Assembly: GCA_951406725.2 (NCBI GenBank)
Contig: OX597816.1
Location: forward strand, 138,942,001-139,006,000
Source: Octopus vulgaris
Taxonomy: Eukaryota
DNA length: 64,000 bases
Direction: 5' to 3'
A program made the translations under genes and the position numbers. Positions 56,092 through 64,000 of this stretch are shown one piece after another (position 1 is the first letter of the stretch; every line of letters starts with the position of its first letter). The notes below the pieces were generated by a model, which worked only from the letters and a program-made list of their open reading frames with translations, had not been told where the DNA came from and ran no database searches.

Positions 56092-56733
56092 TCAAATTAT
56101 ATTCAGATAAGAGAGGAAAGCCACTGAGAGGTTTCCTTACATGCGGAAAATGGACGTCAAATTTTTTAATCACGGAAAATGATTTCTCATTTGGCGTCTA
56201 CTTTCAACATGTAAGGAAACCACTTAGTGGCTTTCCTCTTATCTTATATATTTGAATATAATTTTCAGTCCTTGGACATTTTTTGTACGCATGCTGGCCA
56301 CTGGTATTAATTGTTATTTTTTAATAATAATTTTTACTCTTAGTATTTTTAAATATTTTAGCTCTCGAGTCGGGTAATTCACTGCTAATTTATTCTAGCT
56401 TGGCGCGTTGGTTGAAGACATTTGAATTGAACTCATGATGTATAATGGTGGAACTGTATACGCACGTATGTCCTTTCACGGAGATGGAGTGTATTCGAGT
56501 TCTATTAATATGTGTCCCCAGCGGATTCCACTGAAGATCCACGGATAGTTGTTTCATTGTTAATGGTGTAACTTCGAAGTATGGAATTAACTGGTCGTTT
56601 TATATTTTTTCATAGTCTTGCACGAGTACATCCAATGCGTCGTTAAATGAGAACGCATTTTATCGTGGTTAGACGATTTGACATCTACTTTCAGCATGTA
56701 AGGAAACCACCACTTAGTGACTTTCCTCTTATA
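55795..56733 (+). mobile_element. Second copy of the retrozyme-like partial-tandem, 5'-inverted element
   Basis: Direct repeat at 56189 and 56676 (487-bp period); 55795-56195 (split by (TA)n) is the inverted copy across the monomer junction. Confidence 0.75.
56525..56587 (+). ncRNA. Type I hammerhead motif with one core substitution
   Basis: attcca-CTGAAGA-t-cca..tgg-t-GTAA(for GAAA)-cttcgaag-TA-tggaat. Confidence 0.7.
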
Positions 56734-56751
56734 CATACATACTTACATACA

Positions 56752-56793
<42 letters not shown>

Positions 56794-57515
56794 AAAAAAA
56801 TATATATACACACACAAATATTACACTCCATAGAATCCATTACTAATCAGCCCCTTCATAGCTATACTTACACCCATTCATATTCCCCCTTCTCTGTTTT
56901 TTTCTTCTTCTTCTTCTTCCTCTTCTTCTTCATCATCATCATTATCATCATCATCGTCGTCATCATCATCACCACCATCATCACCACCATCTTCTCCTTC
57001 TCCTCCTTCTTCTTCTTCTTCTTCTTCTTCTTCTTCTTCTTCTTCTTCTTCATCATCATCATTATCATCATCATCGTCGTCATAATCATCACCACCACCA
57101 CCATCATCGTCATCTTCTCCTTCTCCTTCTTCTTCTTCTTCTTCTTCTTCTTCTACTTCTCCACCCCCTACCCCTTAACTTTGTCACTAATGTTTTTTAG
57201 TATAACACCTACGCTAATTCTATAAACAAGCCTATCAATATAAATATTCTCCTGAATTGAACTGAGACTGCCAGCCGCCACTGACCATTCAAAATACGAC
57301 CATCAGGGCACTCCCAGATTCTCCCATCCCCCTTTCCCCACCAGCCTTCTTCCTCTACTACCCTTCCAAGAACTCACAACGACCTCCGACACACAAGTGC
57401 AAACAAGGGAGTCAGAGAAAGGCAGAATGCCACTTAAATCTGAACACTACTATAGAAATATTCTTTTAAAAAAACTTTTCTTCTAATTTTTCTAAATTTA
57501 ATTATTTAATCGTTA

Positions 57516-57553
57516 CAGTTGAAAAGGTCTCAAAATGACCGAAACCGGTACTG
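57516..57553 (+). ncRNA. Minimal hammerhead-like motif, U3-A8 core variant
   Basis: cag-TTGAAAA-ggtc(tcaaaat)gacc-GAAA-ccgg-TA-ctg. Confidence 0.7.
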
Positions 57554-57602
57554 AAATGTTCACTATAAAATTATTTTAGCATTTTCTATTTTTGACTTGT
57601 TT

Positions 57603-57648
<46 letters not shown>

Positions 57649-59084
57649 CACACACATAAATGCAACTATAATTCTTATCTAACCTGAATTTTATTTTCTT
57701 TATACAACTAAGGCAGCTACTGGTAGTTCTATTTTAACAATCGAGAAGACTCCCTGTCGAAATCTTAACCCATTTGTGTATATTTCTGTTTGATTCTATG
57801 TGTGTATGTGAGTGTGTGTGTGTGTGCGTGCGTAATCGATAGTGTGCACGTGTGTATTTGTGAGTGCGTGATTTTGTGTGCTTCAGAGTGCCTATATACA
57901 TGCTTCTGTAGACAATCTCACACAAATATATCTATCAGTAAACATTCAACTTTACACTGCCATATATAAAGAAACATACAGATACACACGTACACTTAAT
58001 AGATAAATACATACGTATACAATTATATGATATATTGTGTTATTTCAACTTTGCTTTTCATCATGCCGCTATTTGGTTGATAAATCACGTAACTTTCCTT
58101 TCATTATTACTTCGTCTATCGCTAACTTCCTCCCCTTATAATTTTACTCGTCATCCCCCTTTTCTTGTATTCTTTTCTTGCTGTCAATGTCGATTTTTAT
58201 TTCTGCTTTGGTTATTGACCAACCACTTAAAAAAAAATCAAGTTTTACTGTGAACGTCCTATTTCTTACACACGCAAACACACAGAAATACACACACACA
58301 CAAACTGAGACGATGACCCGACTACTTAACTCAATCTAATTCTTCATTCCTTCTCTCCCCTGTCATACCGTCTTCCGATGTTTATTTCGTCATTATTCTT
58401 TGAACTAACTACTTAGATTTTCTGTAGACTTTACTATATTCACACGCCATATAACAATCACTAACACCATGCCATCAAGAAATAGCAGTACAGTTTATCC
58501 CAAATTACATTCTACCACAACATAAAAAATATAAGCTACGATATGTGTATATGTATGCATTGTATGCACGTATCTCCTAGATGTAACATTGAACTACATT
58601 AAGTGGTGAGACTTCAGTTCGGCAATTCAGGAGTTGTGTGTTGAGTGGATTCACCCTTTAGTTACCATAACTCCCAGGTCCGTTCTGACCCGGAATGACA
58701 GTAGCTCTGTGTGTGTTATAGTGGCCATCAACTCAAATTTGAGTTGACAGTCACTATAACACACACTTTCACATTTTGTGTTACAACTTTTAAATATACC
58801 ATAACAACTTTCACGTTGAGACATGACTAATAGTTTTGATAGTACAGGATTTGCTTTTATACTTTTGTGACAAATGTTGCGACAGAATTCCATTAAGGAT
58901 CTCTTCATCAGGTGTTGCATCCTTGTGCATGTGTCTAAAACTGATTTTCCACTCGGTAGTGTATGTGCACACATTTGCTCGTAATGAACTGTATTGCTGC
59001 AGTTGAGCTGTTGAAGTTGTGTGCATATAAGCTTTCCATCTTGACCACCTGACACGTGACACTTCATGAACGACAAGACAGACA

Positions 59085-59715
59085 TTTAGAAGTTCAATAT
59101 GACCATCATCAATGCATGTGAGTTCCCTCTTATTTCTTTACTGCCCACAAGGGGCTACACACAGAGGGGATAAACAAGGACAGACAAACGGATTAAGTCG
59201 ATTATATCGACCCCAGTGCGTAACTAGTACTTATTTAATCGACGCCGAAAGGATGAAAGGCAAAGTCGACCTCGGCGGAATTTGAACTCAGAACGTAGAG
59301 ACAGACGAAATACCGCTAAGTATTTGGCCCGGCGTGCTAACGTTTCTGCCAGAGCTTTCTTGAAAGTGTCTTAATCCAAGATAAGTGTTTGCCTTCATAA
59401 ACTTGAGCCAAAGATAAAGAGGCTAGGTAAAGACACACCATGCGGTGGAAACACCTTTCCTCACCAGTTCCAAAGAAAGCCAATGTCATTACATTCTCTG
59501 GGAAAGCTTCAGTTTTTTTTAATGTAAACTTTTGACTAACTTCAAAATGGCCACATCATCAATGGAGAGTACTATGCAGTATCGCAGCGATGATGACGTC
59601 ATATCTACTGTTGGTGATTTTTTTTTTTTTGCTCAATAAGATGAAAGCTTATCCATCAATGGGATACAAGCATTGAACAACGATGGAAACAGTGTGTGAA
59701 AAGTAAACGTCTTGG
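59085..59715 (+). mobile_element. Mariner transposase remnant interrupted by SINE A (59130-59352)
   Basis: MRWKHLSSPVPKKA..SGK; NGHIINGEYYA; YRSDDDVISTVGDFF; NGIQAL..RWKQCV are mariner catalytic-domain/C-terminal motifs. Confidence 0.7.
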
Positions 59716-59759
59716 TCAGCTTGTGAACTTCCCAGCCGATTCTCGTATCTCTCTCGCCT

Positions 59760-59847
<88 letters not shown>

Positions 59848-59962
59848 CAATATATATATGCATACATACATACACACACATACATACATACATACATACA
59901 TACATACATACATACATACATACATACATACATACATACATACATACATACATACACGCATG

Positions 59963-60025
<63 letters not shown>

Positions 60026-61982
60026 GTGTGTGTGTGTGTGTGTGTGTGGGCGTATAATTCACGTACACATTTATCTACATATTGTAGATTATGAAATAAT
60101 ACGTATTAATATTGATAACTTTATATAATCTAACATTTCGAGCACATTAATACATCTCTCTTTCTCACTCACTCACTCCCCCTTTCTTTTTCTCTCCCTC
60201 TCTCTCCCTCATTCTCTTACTCAGTCTCTCTCTCCCCTTCTGTCTCTCGCTCGCTGTATCACCCGTTCTATATATAAATTTACGTGTATATGTATGCGCA
60301 TGCGTGTGCGTCAGAGTATGTGTCCGTCTGTATGCATAGCTGCATAGTCATTAATTATATAGCCACATATCTTTAATATTATGTGTTTATGTATATAATC
60401 GGATGTCGCTGTGTGTGATTTTCTTTCCGTCTATATGCGTATGTGTATGTGTATGTGGGTATTTAATGTTTCAGTATCACAGTGTGCTTTTACATGTACA
60501 TGCCTGATTGTGCGTGTATATGTGCGAACGAGATCGTATATGAATTTTTATGTGAGCTGTGTGTGTGTATGTGTGTGTGATCTTTGTACGTCAGAGAGTG
60601 TATGTATATGTGAATGTCTCTATCAGATCTTTTTGAACAATCCAGAAACGTTAGTGTTTTCAGATATCTACATCCATTACTTCACAGCGCTGATTATAAA
60701 TGGCATAAAGGCTAACGATTAGAAAGGTAGAATTCTTATTTGAAACCCGCCACTCCTCCGTATAATATTCATATTTATCAAACAGCAAACTAGTCGTTTG
60801 ACAGCTCTCTATAAAATATTCATGTCGACTTCTAAAAGCTATTTCCCTAATTATGTAGTCTTATATCAATAGAAAGCGACACACATTGATACCTTTACGC
60901 TGACAGAAACTGATTAAGTATTCACCCCATTAATTCTTATGTGACAATATGTCAATTGAAACAGCTGCTGATGGGCTTCACGTGAACGAGCTAAAGCGAA
61001 AATTGCTCTTAAAATATAAGAACTTAACAGAATTAACATATGACTTTGACTTAAGAGTTTTACTTTGATGGTTCATGCTGATACACATTTAACATAGTCA
61101 CTACCTGGCACTTTCAGCATATTATTAGATCGTGCTAAATAAAAAGTCGTTTGTTTGAGGTAAAGCCAATATCGGAAGTGGGGCTAGAGCAAAAGAGCTT
61201 ATACATTGTTGATCGAATACTCAACACAGAAGTAAAAATGTTCATGTCGAAAACGACAGTCATAAAACCATGTCTTAGGGTGCGTTAACTTCTTATATCT
61301 ATATTTGAGATACAGGGGTTGTATTTCCGAGTGTTTAAAATATGAAGCTATTCTTTCGTGGCATTGATCTCCTGAAGCAATCTTGGCGAGTATTTATCAA
61401 CACCAATGCCGAGAACAATCATCGTAAACTTGCCAATATTTACTCCACCATCCAGGCAACGTCGTCTTTTAACGATGTGAAATTCCAATAAAAGTCACAG
61501 CTCATACCTATCAATGTCTTTCTCTTCCCTTGCAATAAAGTACAAACTAGCTTATACTCTCTCCTAAATATGTTCTCTAATCGCGGCTCGTTTACTCAGA
61601 ACCTCACTTAAGACTACTTAACGGATATTATTTTCTAAATTTGGAGTATATTTTTGTGGGGATCTATAGTCGAATAAATAAACTTTCTCTATTCCATTCC
61701 TACCGATCGACTGACTGCAGGAGAACAAACAGTGCCGATTAGATTGCAAAATGTAGATAGAAAGGAACATAAGTGTAAGGCATTTAACTATAATATTACG
61801 TGTCTTTTAATCCACTGCCCTTGCCTTAGCCAATATTTACAAGTAATTGTAAGTTAACATCTATCGCACAATCCTTGCATAGCTACATCATTTCAAAGTC
61901 GTAGAACTGCTTATTCTTGTGAAGCAATTATCATCATCATCATCATCATCATCAGCATCATCATTATTATTATTATCATTAT

Positions 61983-62572
61983 TCAGTAGTTTTATTTTTA
62001 TAGCGTGCTTTCACTTCACTACCGAGCGCAGCTCTGTGTGCCTTGGGTACGTGCTGTGGTTTATTGTGATGCTCTTTTGGTTACTGTATTGAAAGTGCTT
62101 TCCGTAGGATGCGTGCAGGCAGTGCCCAGTAGTGCAATTTTCTGTATGTTATATATATTTGTAAGTCCTGGTATTTTTGTAATGTTTTTGTCTGAATATT
62201 TTTTTTATCATACCTAATGCGCCTACAATGATAGGAATTGTTTCTGTTTTTATATTCCACATTCTAGTTACTTGTATTTCCAGGTCTTTGTATTTTGAAA
62301 GTTTCTCCATTTCTTTTACAGAAACGTTGTCATCTGCTGGTATTGATACATCAGAAAGCATTTTTATTTCTTCGTGATCTCTGAAACTATATCTGGCCTA
62401 TTGGCTTTAATTTCTCTATCTGTGTGTATTGGCATATCCCAGAGTATGGTTGCTTTCTCGTTTTCCGTGACCTTTTCTGGTGAGTGCCTATACCATCTTT
62501 TTTCTGCTGTTATTCCATAGTGCTGGTATAGCTTCCAGTGTATGTAGGTCACAACTCTGTCGTGTCTGTGAA
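61983..62572 (-). mobile_element. R4/Dong-clade non-LTR element, 5'-truncated 3' end (RLE domain + 3' UTR)
   Basis: RHDRVVTYIHWKL..PEKVTENEKATILWDMPIHTDREIKANRPDIV..DVSIPAD..EKLSKYKDLE..PIIVGALG..LRKALSIQ*; flanked by (TAA)n. Confidence 0.88.
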
Positions 62573-62669
<97 letters not shown>

Positions 62670-62671
62670 TA

Positions 62672-63055
62672 TTGTCTTTGCACAGCCTCTAACGCTGGAG
62701 ATGTACTACGGTGCCAGTTGTTCACCACCAGTGAACTAAGGTAACACCCCTTATTTTTCGAGCACCATCCGGAGTATTCAAGCGATTCTAAGCAGCGCTG
62801 TTTTCAGCAAGTGCCCCACTCTTATTGCAGCCCCTATTTGTTCCATGTACTTCTCAAGATTTTTACTCACTATTCCCAGGGCTCCGGCAATTATTGTTAC
62901 TGCTACCAACTTTTCAAGCGACCAAAACTGCTTAACTTCCCAAGTTAACCTGTCATATCTATCGACTTTTCTTTCTTCCTTATCGCATACCTTGTTGTCA
63001 GCTGGACATGCTATAATCTATGTTCCAGCATCGTTTCTTTTCCTTCTTAATTCCC
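62672..63055 (-). mobile_element. Second, divergent R4/Dong-clade 3' fragment
   Basis: IACPADNKVCDKEERKVDRYDRLTWEVKQFW..IIAGALGIVSKNLEKY..KTALL..ILRMVLEK*; flanked by (TAA)n. Confidence 0.82.
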
Positions 63056-63809
<754 letters not shown>

Positions 63810-64000
63810 CTTATGATAAACAATAATTAAATACATATATTGATTTATTAGAACAAATTATAAGTTGATGAAATATCAATTTAGTCTCACGTGTGTCAGT
63901 TGGATTGCAGACTCAGTCGAACTTTGGAAATACCGCATGACATTTGGTTATATTCTTTCTAGACCTCAGGTCAAATCCTACCTTACATTCTCCCACGATC

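Noticed and set aside
56900-57150. ~120-bp duplicated (TTC)/(ATC)/(ACC) block and 192-aa ORF
   Set aside because: Compound microsatellite duplication with no coding signal.
58651-59085. 144-aa Cys-rich minus ORF next to ccctttagttacc
   Set aside because: Possibly a decayed piggyBac 3' end, but motifs are too weak to call; not treated as a gene.

Overview
Eukaryotic, repeat-saturated, essentially non-genic DNA. The extreme (TA)n/(CA)n/(TACA)n/(TAGA)n/(TAA)n microsatellite load and the SINE families look like an octopus (coleoid cephalopod) genome; this is an inference from repeat recognition only. Nearly all listed ORFs are microsatellite artefacts. Recognisable content: many copies of three tRNA-type SINEs; decayed remnants of Penelope-like (PLE), R4/Dong, HERO-like, RTE, CR1/Jockey-like and Ty3-like retroelements; mariner, Tc1/Tc3-like, pogo/Tigger and hAT DNA transposons/MITEs; a non-autonomous Helitron; and one weak candidate exon. 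The most striking signal is a set of nine unrelated-looking loci, mostly short inserts in or beside (TA)n/(CA)n tracts, each carrying a minimal type I hammerhead ribozyme (HHR) fold. Two lie in perfect palindromes that put a ribozyme on both strands, two belong to a ~0.5 kb partial-tandem/5'-inverted retrozyme-like family whose HHR stems covary, three have compensatory changes of the catalytic 3-8 base pair (U3-A8 twice, G3-C8 once), and two are degenerate. All folds were read by eye; none has been computed or tested for cleavage.
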